Source: Planctomycetota bacterium
GTDB lineage: Bacteria > Planctomycetota > UBA1135 > GCA-002748355
Direction of reading: 5' to 3'
Length of the DNA stretch: 64,000 bases
Assembly: GCA_002685965.1 (NCBI GenBank)
Contig: NYZE01000080.1
Location: 12,464-76,463, forward strand
The notes beneath the pieces are model-generated. The model was given only the letters and a program-made list of their open reading frames with translations. It made no database searches and had not been told where the DNA came from. Position numbers and translations under genes: made by a program. Each line of letters begins with the position of its first letter. Positions within the stretch are counted from its first letter, which is position 1. This document shows positions 17,256-26,814 of this stretch, piece after piece.

Positions 17256-19643
17256 ATGCACCGCACGCTTCCCACGTTCGCACTCTTGTCGCTGTGCACT
17301 TTGGCGGGTGCACAGCGATTCGACGCGTCCCGCACCGGTCTCCCCGAGCGCAGCGCGAAGGTCGTTTCGTACACGATGCGCGTCCGTCTGGATCCCGTGA
17401 CCAAGCAGGTCACGGGGACGCAGCAGATCGGATACCGCAACATCACGCGCGGCCGCACCAACGAGCTGCGGTGGCACATGTATCTGAATGCCTTCCGCAA
17501 CCTTCGCTCTACGCACTTGCGCGAGTCGGACGCTGCCGCGCGCGAGCGGTACAAGACCAAGATCGAGTTCGGAGAGGTGCGTTTTCTCCGCCTCACGAGC
17601 GTCGACCACGGTCGTGAGCACGACTTGCTTCCCGGGTTGCGCTGGGTGCAACCCGATGACGGCAACCCTGACGACCGCACCGTTTGCGTCGTGCCACTGC
17701 CCGGCACGCTCGAGCCGGGCGAGACGATCCACCTCGAGACCGAGTTCGTCGCCAAGTTGCCCAAGGCCTACCGGCGCACTGGCTGGGGGCCAGGCAACTT
17801 CTTCATGGTCGCGCAGTGGTTTCCGAAACTCGGCGTGCTCGAGGACGCGGGCAGCGGCAAGGCGTGGTGGAACTGTCACCAGTTCCACGCCTGGACCGAG
17901 TTCTTCGCCGACTACGGCACGTATGACGTAACGATCGAAACGCCGAAGGGCTGGCCGGTCGGCGCCACCGGCAAGCTCGTCGGCGCGGTTGCATCGAGCG
18001 GAGAATACGACGTGCGGCGCTTCGTACAGCAGGACGTGCACGACTTCGCCTGGGTCACGGATCCCGACTACGTCGAGCATCGCTTCACGTTCGTCGGCGC
18101 CAACCAGATCTCACCGCGTATGCGGGCGATCTTCGGCAAGGCGCTCGGCCATGGACCGCAACAACTCGAGTTGACCGACGTGCACGTGCGTGTGCTGTTG
18201 CATCCCGAGCACGATTCCGCTGAGCAGCGGCATCGCCACCAGCGCGCCGTCGAGACTGCGATCCAGTTCTACGGCGAGCGGTTCGGCCGGTATCCGTATG
18301 AGACCCTGACAGTTGTCGATCCCGCGATCGATGACAACGGCGATCGCCTCGGCGGCGGCATGGAGTATCCGACGCTGATCACTTGTGGTACGCGCCTCTA
18401 CCCGCACCGACGGCAGTTGCGCCCAGAGGGTGTGACTGTTCACGAGTTCGGACACCAGTACTGGTACGGCTTGTCGGGCAACAACGAGTTCCAGGAGAGC
18501 TGGCTCGATGAGGGGGTGTGTTCCTACACGGAGGGTCGAGCACAGGATCTGGCCTACCACGAGTTGCGCGCAACGGAGGAAGGGGCTCCCGCGGTGGGCG
18601 ATCCAGTGTTCGTGACCTCCTTCGGCCCGGTGTCCGTCATCGGCCGTGTCCCGGCCACGCTCGCCGGCAGCGGCAGTGGTGGCTGGGCCGCAGCCACCAG
18701 GCTCGAGCGCATCGATGTGCCCTGCATGCTGCGTGGCGTGTCGACCCTGTTCGGCGCGTCGCCGACCTGGGTCGATCGCGTCGACAAGGATGCCGAGTTC
18801 CGCGGTGTGCTGCTGCCCGACCTGCCCTTCCTCGACTATTTGCGCGACCTACCCTTCCTGACCTACGAACGCGACCTGCCGCAACGCAACCTGTACAGCG
18901 ACCGCGCGATCTATCTCGGTGCGCCGAGCAAGGACCCCGTCGTGCAACCGGCCTGGACGTATCTCGATCGTCAGAGTTACCGGGTCAACTCTTACCAACG
19001 GCCATCGACCATCCTGTCGACGCTCGAACGCGTCATGGGGCCTGACCAGTGGTGGCCGTGCCTGCGGCGATTCCACGAGCGCGCCCGGTTTGCCCACCCG
19101 ACGACCGAGGACTTCCTGCGTGAAGTGAGAGCCTTCGGTGGCGCCGCCGCCGAACTTCTCGCGCGCGACCTCTTGCTGACGACCAAGACCCTCGACTACG
19201 GCGTGGAGTCGGTGGAACGCGTGGCTGATCCGAAGGCGTTCGGTCGCTTCGACGACACCGAGTCGAACGATGAGCGCGGCGATGCGGTCGTTGTCAAGGT
19301 GCGCCGCTTCGGCGACATCGTTGCACCTGTGGTCGTACGCTTCGTCTTCGAGAAGGAGTCTGTCGATGAGGTGTGGCCTAGCGAGGGTCAGGGTGCGTGG
19401 CGCGGGTTTCGCTTCGGCCCGTCGGTGCTCGCCGGGCGAGGTGAACTGCTGCAAGTGTTGGTCGACCCACCCGATGCGACGCGGGAAGTCGGCTATGGCC
19501 CGGCAGGCGTTTACGTCGTCGACACCAACCTTCTCAACAACGCTTGGCAGAAGATCCCGAACCCCTCAGCGTCGCGCCGCCGTGGTTTGCGAGTGTGGGT
19601 CTACGTGAACACCGTGCTGAGCTTCTTCGGGGCGATTGGATGA
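17256..19643 (+). CDS. Secreted M1-family zinc metallopeptidase (aminopeptidase N-like)
   Basis: Lies in ORF 17127..19643. The ATG at 17256 gives the signal peptide MHRTLPTFALLSLCTLAGAQ. Motifs present are GGGMEYPTLIT (GxMEN variant), VHEFGHQYWY (HExxH) and WLDEGVCSY (distal Glu). Confidence 0.85.
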   Translation: MHRTLPTFALLSLCTLAGAQRFDASRTGLPERSAKVVSYTMRVRLDPVTKQVTGTQQIGYRNITRGRTNELRWHMYLNAFRNLRSTHLRESDAAARERYKTKIEFGEVRFLRLTSVDHGREHDLLPGLRWVQPDDGNPDDRTVCVVPLPGTLEPGETIHLETEFVAKLPKAYRRTGWGPGNFFMVAQWFPKLGVLEDAGSGKAWWNCHQFHAWTEFFADYGTYDVTIETPKGWPVGATGKLVGAVASSGEYDVRRFVQQDVHDFAWVTDPDYVEHRFTFVGANQISPRMRAIFGKALGHGPQQLELTDVHVRVLLHPEHDSAEQRHRHQRAVETAIQFYGERFGRYPYETLTVVDPAIDDNGDRLGGGMEYPTLITCGTRLYPHRRQLRPEGVTVHEFGHQYWYGLSGNNEFQESWLDEGVCSYTEGRAQDLAYHELRATEEGAPAVGDPVFVTSFGPVSVIGRVPATLAGSGSGGWAAATRLERIDVPCMLRGVSTLFGASPTWVDRVDKDAEFRGVLLPDLPFLDYLRDLPFLTYERDLPQRNLYSDRAIYLGAPSKDPVVQPAWTYLDRQSYRVNSYQRPSTILSTLERVMGPDQWWPCLRRFHERARFAHPTTEDFLREVRAFGGAAAELLARDLLLTTKTLDYGVESVERVADPKAFGRFDDTESNDERGDAVVVKVRRFGDIVAPVVVRFVFEKESVDEVWPSEGQGAWRGFRFGPSVLAGRGELLQVLVDPPDATREVGYGPAGVYVVDTNLLNNAWQKIPNPSASRRRGLRVWVYVNTVLSFFGAIG

Positions 19644-20566
19644 GCGCCTTCCCGAATCTCGTTGGATGCTTAGCGATTGGACCGAAGGCCATCGGTCGCG
19701 TGCTGCTGTCTCCGGCCAAGGTGGGCATTCCAGTCTTAGCTGTAGCGATCGTGTCCTTCCTGCTCGTGTTGCCGGTTTGGCGCGCCGTTGCCGAGGCGTT
19801 GGATCATCATCCGCTCGCCGGTGACCGCTTCGGACGTTTCCTCTACGCGGACCTGGAGCGGTTGCAGCCCTCGACCAACTTGAGCCTCGGCGCATCGATG
19901 CTCGCATCGATTCTGCTGTGGTCTTTCTTCGCCGGTGGAGTGCTCGTATGCGTCGGCAAGGGAAAGCGACGACGTTTCGATGAGTTCATCGGCGCCAGTG
20001 CGCGCTGGCTGCTGCGCTCGATCCGTTGCTGGGTCGTGTTCGCGGCCCTACTGGCCCTTTGGTCGTGGCTCCTGCTTGGCGTCGCCAAGCCCTACCTCGA
20101 GGCGGCCCTTGTCGAGGTCGGGAACGAGGGCTCCCAAGAACGCTTCGCCTTGGGTCTCAACGTGACTTGGTTGGTGGGCTTCGCGAAGCTGTGGGCACAC
20201 CGGCGGTTGTCGCTGGCTCACATGATCGTGACCGATCGCCGTTCGGCTCTGCTCGCCTGCATGCACACGGCGCTGCTCATCGTGCGGCGGCCGCTGCGCA
20301 CCCTGGCGGCCTTCCTCGGTCTGTTTGCGGTGTGGGCGCTGGGCTTGGCAGTCTCGGGGATGGGGTTGGAACGACTGCTGCAGGCCGAACATCACGGCCT
20401 TGCTCTCGCTGTCGGCGTCGTTGCTCTGGTCTGGTACCAGGTAGCGATCGCTGCGTCGTGGCTCGTGGCGCGTCAACTGGTCGAACACGACGTTGCGGCC
20501 CGTCCCGCTGGGGAAGAGGCTGGCATTCGTACGCAGCGCGACCTCGATCGGACCGAAGCCGCCTGA
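19640..20566 (+). CDS. Polytopic hypothetical membrane protein, translationally coupled to the M1 peptidase
   Basis: Lies in ORF 19544..20566. The internal ATG at 19640 overlaps the peptidase stop (ATGA 19640..19643). There are several long hydrophobic segments (IPVLAVAIVSFLLVLPVW, SMLASILLWSFFAGGVLVCV, CWVVFAALLALWSWLLLGV, AAFLGLFAVWALGLAVSG, LALAVGVVALVWYQVAIAASWLV). Confidence 0.6.
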   Translation: MSAFPNLVGCLAIGPKAIGRVLLSPAKVGIPVLAVAIVSFLLVLPVWRAVAEALDHHPLAGDRFGRFLYADLERLQPSTNLSLGASMLASILLWSFFAGGVLVCVGKGKRRRFDEFIGASARWLLRSIRCWVVFAALLALWSWLLLGVAKPYLEAALVEVGNEGSQERFALGLNVTWLVGFAKLWAHRRLSLAHMIVTDRRSALLACMHTALLIVRRPLRTLAAFLGLFAVWALGLAVSGMGLERLLQAEHHGLALAVGVVALVWYQVAIAASWLVARQLVEHDVAARPAGEEAGIRTQRDLDRTEAA

Positions 20567-20666
20567 GACGCACGACGCGTTGCCCCTGCGCCGACGCACT
20601 CAGGGTCAAGCGGAAGTCCGGTCGGGCGTCTTCCTTGTGCGAGTGGCCCATGCTACGGTCCCAAAC

Positions 20667-21771
20667 ATGTCTCTTGCCGACTTTCAAGACCGCTTTGGGC
20701 TCGCCACGACTCGTCTGGCGCAGTTGAAGGTGGGGCTTTGACTTCGACGGCAATCTGAAAGGCCTCGCCGAGGCCGAAGAGAGCATGCTCAAGCCCGGCT
20801 TCTGGGGTGACCAGGGAGCCGCCGGCAAGGTGGTCGCGGCCCAAAAGCGCGCACGTGCCATCGTGGGTCCGATGCGTCATGCGGACAGTACGATGGAGGA
20901 TCTTGAGGTCTTGCTCGAGCTTGCCGAGGAAGACGAGGCTGCGGTGACAGCGGACATCGAGGAGGCGCTGTCAGCGCTGGAGGAAGGTCTCGACAAGGCC
21001 GAGTTCCAGTTGATGCTCGGTGGCGAGCACGATCACCGCAACGCGATCCTCAACCTGCAGGCGGGTGCAGGTGGTGTCGATGCGTGCGACTGGGCCGAGA
21101 TGCTACTCAGGATGTACCTGCGCTGGGCCGAGCGCATGGACTTCGATTTCGAGGAGATCGACCTGCAAAGGGCGGAGGAAGCCGGCATCCGTTCGGCTTC
21201 CGTGCTGATCAAGGGTTCCTACGCCTACGGCTGGCTCAAGGCCGAGCAGGGGGTGCACCGGCTCGTGCGCATCTCGCCGTTCGATGCACAGAACCGGCGG
21301 CAAACGAGTTTTGCCTCGGCGGAAGTCGTGCCCGAGTTCGACGACGACATCGAGATCGAGATCCCGGAGAAGGAGCTCCGGGTCGATACGTTCCGCGCGA
21401 GCGGCGCAGGCGGTCAGCATGTCAACAAGACTGAGTCAGCGGTTCGATTCACGCACCTCCCGACTGGGATAGTCGTGAGCTGCCAAAACGAGCGTAGTCA
21501 GCACAAGAACCGTGCCACGGCGATGAAGGTCCTGCGGGCCAAGCTCTATCAACTCGAACTCGCCAAACGCGAGGATGCCCTGAAGGGGTTCTATGGCGAT
21601 CGCGGGTCGATCGCGTGGGGCAACCAAATCCGTTCGTACGTTTTGCAGCCGTACCAGATGGTCAAAGACCTACGCACCACTCACCAGAACGGCAATGCGC
21701 AGGCTGTGCTCGATGGCAACCTGACGCCGTTCATGGAAGCGTGGCTCAAGATGCGCAGAGGGGACAAGTAG
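20667..21771 (+). CDS. prfB: Peptide chain release factor 2, expressed via programmed +1 frameshift at codon 25
   Basis: Frame 0 runs from the ATG at 20667 and encodes MSLADFQDRFGLATTRLAQLKVGL, followed by TGA at 20739..20741. The +1 frame from 20740 continues DFDGNLKGLAEAEESMLKPGFWGD... to 21771. RF2 hallmarks are present: SPF (RISPFDAQNRRQTSFA) and GGQ (SGAGGQHVNKTESAV). Confidence 0.92.
20728..20742 (+). promoter_or_regulatory. RF2 autoregulatory +1 frameshift site (SD-like element + CTT TGA C)
   Basis: The sequence AGGTGGGG-CTT-TGA-C matches the classical prfB shift cassette: an internal Shine-Dalgarno-like element, the slippery CUU, and the weak UGA-C stop. Confidence 0.85.
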
Positions 21772-21775
21772 CACG

Positions 21776-23395
21776 ATGACGACACCGCACGCACTCATCT
21801 CGGTGTCCGACAAGACTGATGTCGTCGAGTTCGCGCGAGCGATTGCGGAGACCGGGTACGCGATCCTCTCGACGGGGGGAACGGCGAAGGTGCTCGGAGA
21901 CGCTGGCATCGCTTGCCGACAGGTCAGTAGTTACACGGACTTCCCGGAGATCATGGACGGGAGGGTCAAGACCCTGCACCCGAAGATCCATGGCGGTTTG
22001 CTCGCGCGTCGCGACAAGGAGAACCACTGCGACGCCATGGCCGAGCACGGGATTGAGAGCATCGATTTAGTTGTCGTGAACCTCTATCCGTTCGTCGAGA
22101 CCGTGCTACGCGAGGGGACGACTCGAGCGGAAGCGATCGAGCAGATCGACATTGGCGGGCCGTCGATGATCCGTGCAGCTGCGAAGAACCACGACTTCGT
22201 CTGTGTCGTTTGTGACCCGAGCGACTACGCCGAGGTGACCAGGGCACTCAAGGTGGGCGCGGTGACGCAGGAACTGCGCTCGCACCTTGCAGCGAAGGCA
22301 TACTCGATCACCGCGGACTACGACGCTGCGGTGTCGTGCTATCTCGCGGGCGAATCCTCGTTGCCGCGCATTACGCCCGCGTCGCCGGTAGCGGCAGTCG
22401 AGCCCGCGCAAGCACCCGAATCCAGTCTCGGTGAGGTCTTCCACGTCAGCGGCGATCGGATCCGCTCCCTGCGCTACGGCGAGAACCCACACCAAGAGGC
22501 GGCCTTCTACGGTTTCACTGGCGCAGCGGGCGCGACCATGGCGGCCGCCGAGTTCCTCGGCGGCAACAAAGAGCTGTCGTACAACAACATTCTCGACCTG
22601 GATGCGGCGATCGGCCTCGCCCGTGAGTTTCCGCCCGTGATGCCGGCGTGCGTCATCGTCAAGCACGGTAATCCGTGCGGCGCCGCCGTTTCCGACGGCG
22701 ACCTGGCGGCGGCTTGGGCGAGTGCGCACGAGTGTGATCCACTCTCTGCATTCGGTTCGATCGTTGCGTGCAACGTCGAAGTCGATCGCGTCGCGGCGCA
22801 GCAGATGGCGGCTCCCGGGAAGTTCATCGAAGCGGTCATCGCGCCGTCATTCACCGCGGATGCCATCGAGGCGCTGCGTGGAGCGAAGTTCGGCAAGAAC
22901 CTGCGCATCTTGGCCACCGGTGACCTGTCCGAATACGCGCCGGGGCTGGCGATTCGCTCCGTCTCGGGGGGCTTCCTCGTGCAGACCGAAGATCTGCCGC
23001 GCCGGGAACTGGAGCTCGAGTTCGTCACCCAGCGTCGGCCGAGCGACGAGGAGATCAAGGACCTGCGGTTTGCGCACGTGGTGTGCAAGCACGTCCGCTC
23101 CAATGCCATCGTGATCGCAAACGAGGGCCGTGCAGTCGGCGTCGGAGCTGGGCAGATGAGTCGTGTTGACTCGGTCGAGATCGCGGTGCGCAAGGCCCGG
23201 GACAACGCTGTTGGCGGAGTGCTGGCGAGCGATGCCTTCTTCCCGTTCCCCGACGGCGTCGAAGCCGCTGCCGCGGCCGGTATTACCGCCGTGATTCAAC
23301 CAGGCGGATCACGCAAGGACGCGGACGTCATCGCGGCCGCCAACGAACACGATGTCGCGATGGTCCTGACCGGCGTTCGACACTTCCGACACTAA
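21776..23395 (+). CDS. purH: Bifunctional AICAR transformylase / IMP cyclohydrolase
   Basis: 539 aa. The N-terminal MGS-like domain reads ALISVSDKTDVVEFARAIAETGYAILSTGGTAKVL...DGRVKTLHPKIHGGLLARRD. The C-terminal AICARFT domain reads ...VKHGNPCGAA...ASDAFFPFPDGVEAAAAAGITAVIQPGGS. Confidence 0.92.
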   Translation: MTTPHALISVSDKTDVVEFARAIAETGYAILSTGGTAKVLGDAGIACRQVSSYTDFPEIMDGRVKTLHPKIHGGLLARRDKENHCDAMAEHGIESIDLVVVNLYPFVETVLREGTTRAEAIEQIDIGGPSMIRAAAKNHDFVCVVCDPSDYAEVTRALKVGAVTQELRSHLAAKAYSITADYDAAVSCYLAGESSLPRITPASPVAAVEPAQAPESSLGEVFHVSGDRIRSLRYGENPHQEAAFYGFTGAAGATMAAAEFLGGNKELSYNNILDLDAAIGLAREFPPVMPACVIVKHGNPCGAAVSDGDLAAAWASAHECDPLSAFGSIVACNVEVDRVAAQQMAAPGKFIEAVIAPSFTADAIEALRGAKFGKNLRILATGDLSEYAPGLAIRSVSGGFLVQTEDLPRRELELEFVTQRRPSDEEIKDLRFAHVVCKHVRSNAIVIANEGRAVGVGAGQMSRVDSVEIAVRKARDNAVGGVLASDAFFPFPDGVEAAAAAGITAVIQPGGSRKDADVIAAANEHDVAMVLTGVRHFRH

Positions 23396-23397
23396 CG

Positions 23398-23799
23398 ATG
23401 GACATCGCGAAGGCTGTCGAAGAGATCCGCCTGGGCGCGTCGATCCACGACCTGTTCAGGGATTTCCTGGCGTCGCAGCTGTCGGTCTCCACCGGTGAGC
23501 TGCGGCGCACACTCAGTGACCTCACGGTGGAGCGTCAGCGCCAGCTCAACGACGAGGCGCTGGGCTTTACAGGCAGCCTCTGTCGTCAACTCGGCGAGCG
23601 TTTCGACGGCGACCCGCGCATGTGCCACGTGCTCCTCGAGTGGCTGCGCACACACAAGGACTACGAAGCGTTCGACGTACTGCTGACGAGCTTCGACTTT
23701 CCCGCACGTTTGCAGGTACTGGCGGAGGGCAGGCGATTGTTTCCGGCAACGCTCACGTCGCACTGGCGAGACGGTCCGCAGCCAGGCGCGCGCTACTGA
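23398..23799 (+). CDS. Hypothetical protein (133 aa), immediately downstream of purH
   Basis: The ATG is 3 nt after the purH stop. The frame is open with coding-like composition, and I recognise no motif. The 3' end overlaps the convergent etfA stop by 7 nt. Confidence 0.45.
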   Translation: MDIAKAVEEIRLGASIHDLFRDFLASQLSVSTGELRRTLSDLTVERQRQLNDEALGFTGSLCRQLGERFDGDPRMCHVLLEWLRTHKDYEAFDVLLTSFDFPARLQVLAEGRRLFPATLTSHWRDGPQPGARY

Positions 23800-24773
23800 C
23801 GCGTTGTGCGGATCGCTTCCGTCAGCGCCGGAAGAACTTCGAACGCGTCACCGACGATTCCGTAGTTGGCGACCTTGAAGATCGGCGCTTGCGGGTCCTT
23901 GTTGATCGCCACGATGAACTTGGACGTCACCATGCCAGCGAGGTGCTGGATCGCACCAGAGATGCCGACCGCGATGTAGAGCATCGGCGCGACGACCTTG
24001 CCGGTCTGGCCGACTTGCTCCGAGTGCGGTCGCCAGCCAGCATCGACGACCGCGCGTGAGGCGCCCATTGCGGCGACGCCGGGGCCGAAGGCCTCCACGA
24101 GTTGCTCGAGCAAGGTCCAGTGCTCAGGGCCCTTGAGGCCACGACCGGCGGAGACGACGACGGAGGCTTCCTGCAGCGGGACATGGTTCACCGAGGCGGC
24201 AGAGATTTCCTTGACGATGGCGAGCAGGTCCCCGTCCGGAGCGGCCACGTTGACGACCTCGCCAGCGGCCGGGGCCTCGCTCGCAGCGAAGGCATTCGGA
24301 CGCAGCGTCACGCAATAGTGCGCTGCGTTCGGTCGCAGCTGCTTGATGGCCTTGCCGGCGAACACCGGCTTGCTCGCTTGCAGCACACCGTCGACCACCG
24401 ACAGCTGGGTCGCGTCCGTCGTGCAAGCGCCGTCCAAGAGCTGGGCGACGCGCGGCGCGAGGTCCTTGCCCATTGCGGTGTGCGCGAACAGCACCGTGCC
24501 GGCGCCGGACTGTTCGGCGCATGCAGCGATGGCGCGAGCGCAGCCGTCGCCGCTGTGAGCAGCCAGGACATCGCTCTCAGCAACGAAGACCTTGGTCGCC
24601 CCGTGCTGCGCCGCCTGTGTCGCGAGATTACGAATGCCCGCACCGACGATTGCCGCCGAAACTGCACCGCTGAGGTTGCCGGCCGTTTCTCGGCCGGCAG
24701 CGAGTGCCTCGAACGAAGCCTTCTTGATCTGGCCGTCTTGCTGTTCGACGAAAACCAGCACGTCGTTGGACAT
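23793..24773 (-). CDS. etfA: Electron transfer flavoprotein subunit alpha
   Basis: 326 aa. The C-terminal FAD-binding signature is [55 protein letters not shown]. Confidence 0.9.
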   Translation of the reverse strand: MSNDVLVFVEQQDGQIKKASFEALAAGRETAGNLSGAVSAAIVGAGIRNLATQAAQHGATKVFVAESDVLAAHSGDGCARAIAACAEQSGAGTVLFAHTAMGKDLAPRVAQLLDGACTTDATQLSVVDGVLQASKPVFAGKAIKQLRPNAAHYCVTLRPNAFAASEAPAAGEVVNVAAPDGDLLAIVKEISAASVNHVPLQEASVVVSAGRGLKGPEHWTLLEQLVEAFGPGVAAMGASRAVVDAGWRPHSEQVGQTGKVVAPMLYIAVGISGAIQHLAGMVTSKFIVAINKDPQAPIFKVANYGIVGDAFEVLPALTEAIRTTRQ

Positions 24774-24803
24774 CTGCGTTGCCCTCTTCCCTTCAACTAG
24801 TCT

Positions 24804-25550
24804 CTAAAGGACCTTGGCTTCGTTCTGGAGCTTGTCGATGAGCGTCGTCACCGCGGCTGCGCCCTCGCCCAAGATCGACGGCGCCGGGCGCTCCGCAGGC
24901 GGCTCGAGCGCCACGACTTCCACTTTGTTGTCGGGCGGCGTCGCCGCAGCTTCGTCGAGCGGCTTCTTCTTGGCGGCCATGATGCCCTTCAAGTTCGGAT
25001 AGCGCGGTTCATTGAGACCCTTCTGGCACGTGATGACGGCCGGCAGTTTGCCTTCGATGGTCTCCCGCCCACCTTCGATGTCGCGCGTTGCGGCGAACGT
25101 GTCGTCGCCGATCTCCAATGAGTTGACGTCGGTGGCGCAGGCGAAGCCGAGCAACGTTGCCACGCGCGGACCAACCTGGCCGGCATCGTCATCGACCGCT
25201 TGCTTGCCACAGAAGATCAAGTCCGGCGCCAGCTCTTTGCTCTTCTCGGCGAGCACGCTCGCGACAGCCGCGCTGTCCGGGTGGTCTTCGCACGTCAGCA
25301 GGATGGCCTTGTCGGCGCCCATGGCCAGGCAGGTGCGTAGGTCCTTTTGCGCCGCCGACGTGCCGAGCGTCATGACGGTTACCGTGCCACCCCTGGCCTC
25401 CTTGGTCTTCAGCGCTTCCTCGACCGCGAACTCGTCGTACGGATTGAGGACGAACTCGACACCTTGGGCGTCGTAACTCTTCCCGTCCGCCGCGATCTTG
25501 ATCTGACTGTCGGTCGCGGGGACGCGCTTGACGAGGACGAGGATCTCCAT
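24804..25550 (-). CDS. etfB: Electron transfer flavoprotein subunit beta
   Basis: 248 aa. MEILVLVKRVPATDSQIKI...VLNPYDEFAVEEALKTKE is typical of EtfB. The gene is directly upstream of etfA. Confidence 0.9.
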   Translation of the reverse strand: MEILVLVKRVPATDSQIKIAADGKSYDAQGVEFVLNPYDEFAVEEALKTKEARGGTVTVMTLGTSAAQKDLRTCLAMGADKAILLTCEDHPDSAAVASVLAEKSKELAPDLIFCGKQAVDDDAGQVGPRVATLLGFACATDVNSLEIGDDTFAATRDIEGGRETIEGKLPAVITCQKGLNEPRYPNLKGIMAAKKKPLDEAAATPPDNKVEVVALEPPAERPAPSILGEGAAAVTTLIDKLQNEAKVL

Positions 25551-25643
25551 GGCTTGTCTCCAGAGGCGCCGGGCAAAGGGCGAGGCACCTTAGAAGCGCC
25601 GACATCCCGATGACAAGAGCGCGCCCGGGATCGCCTTTTGGCT

Positions 25644-26588
25644 CTATTGCCGGACCTCGCAGAGCAAGCGGTCCCAGTCGAAGGCTGGCCCGGGATCGGT
25701 CTTGTTGGTTTGGACGTGGTAGTGGCCGATGAGACCGGAGTACTGGCGAAACTCGTCGTCGCCCAGGGCCGTCGTTCGCAGTTGGCCTTCAGGAGTCCGC
25801 GGGTAGTCGACGCGGAGCCGAGGAAAGATCTTCGCCAGGGCTGCGGTGAGCTTTGCCAGGGCGGCGTATTGCTGGTCGGTGAAGTCGTATTGCCAGAGAT
25901 CCTGGCCCTGAATGTTGCCGGCAACGAGTTCAGCGCGGCTCGGACGAGCTACGAAGTTCGGTGTGCGCACGCCGGTGTTCTTGATCCGTTTCGGGAAGCG
26001 CACGTAGGGCCCGTTCTCGTCGACCCGGTACCACTCGAGCAGCGCGCGGTGCTGCGCCCGCGGATATGCCCCGATGTGGGCGATCTCGATACCGACCGAA
26101 CGGTCGTTAGCCCTGGTCCCATGCCAAGCTCGTTCCGCGAGGTCGAGCGTTTGGTAGATCGTGCCATCGACGTCGAGCAGGAAGTGGACGGAGAGCTTTC
26201 TCAGGTCGTGCAACACCCGAAAGCACTGGCGCGAAGTTCCGCAAACGTCGTAGTGGATCACGAACTGATCGACGACGGCCTGCAGGTCTTGGATGTGCCA
26301 CACACCGCTGGCCTTGACCACCGCCGGCGCGGTGCGCCGCGTGCTGTAGCGCCGACCTGGAGCAAAACTCCATCCACGCAGTTCGTCCGGAAAAGCAGGA
26401 GCGTCGCTGTAAGCGTCATAACCCCCAGGCTCGGACCAGAGGACTACTCGCGTCCCGGTATGGAACAGCCGTCCGCAAACCGAGATCTCGTCGCCAGCGC
26501 AGCCCCGAGAGTCGGCTTCGATCGCGTCCCAGTTGTTCGCGGCGCAGGCAGGCAGGAACACGCAGGTCGCAATCAGGAATGAGCGCAT
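25644..26588 (-). CDS. N-acetylmuramoyl-L-alanine amidase (Amidase_2/PGRP fold) lipoprotein
   Basis: Lies in ORF 25644..26927. The internal ATG at 26588 gives the lipoprotein signal MRSFLIATCVFLPAC. The amidase core reads VDQFVIHYDVCGTS...VHFLLDVDGTIYQTLDL..RAWH...GIEIAHIG...LIGHYHVQTNKTDPGPAFDW. Confidence 0.8.
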   Translation of the reverse strand: MRSFLIATCVFLPACAANNWDAIEADSRGCAGDEISVCGRLFHTGTRVVLWSEPGGYDAYSDAPAFPDELRGWSFAPGRRYSTRRTAPAVVKASGVWHIQDLQAVVDQFVIHYDVCGTSRQCFRVLHDLRKLSVHFLLDVDGTIYQTLDLAERAWHGTRANDRSVGIEIAHIGAYPRAQHRALLEWYRVDENGPYVRFPKRIKNTGVRTPNFVARPSRAELVAGNIQGQDLWQYDFTDQQYAALAKLTAALAKIFPRLRVDYPRTPEGQLRTTALGDDEFRQYSGLIGHYHVQTNKTDPGPAFDWDRLLCEVRQ

Positions 26589-26814
26589 CGGGCGGTGGGT
26601 GTGGCGAGCCGCCATATCGATCGGCATTGTCACGACTGGCGGCTCCTGAGCACGCGCTTCTTCAGGTCGGGCAGGATTTCGACCTTGGCGCCAGCCGAAC
26701 GGTGTCGGTTTCCTGCGGCTCACCAGCCCGTTCGGGCTCCAGTGGTTCGTCTGGGACCGGCGACCGGGCGCGGCTTTCGCTGGACGGACCGACAGTCGCC
26801 GACACAATGCGGGC

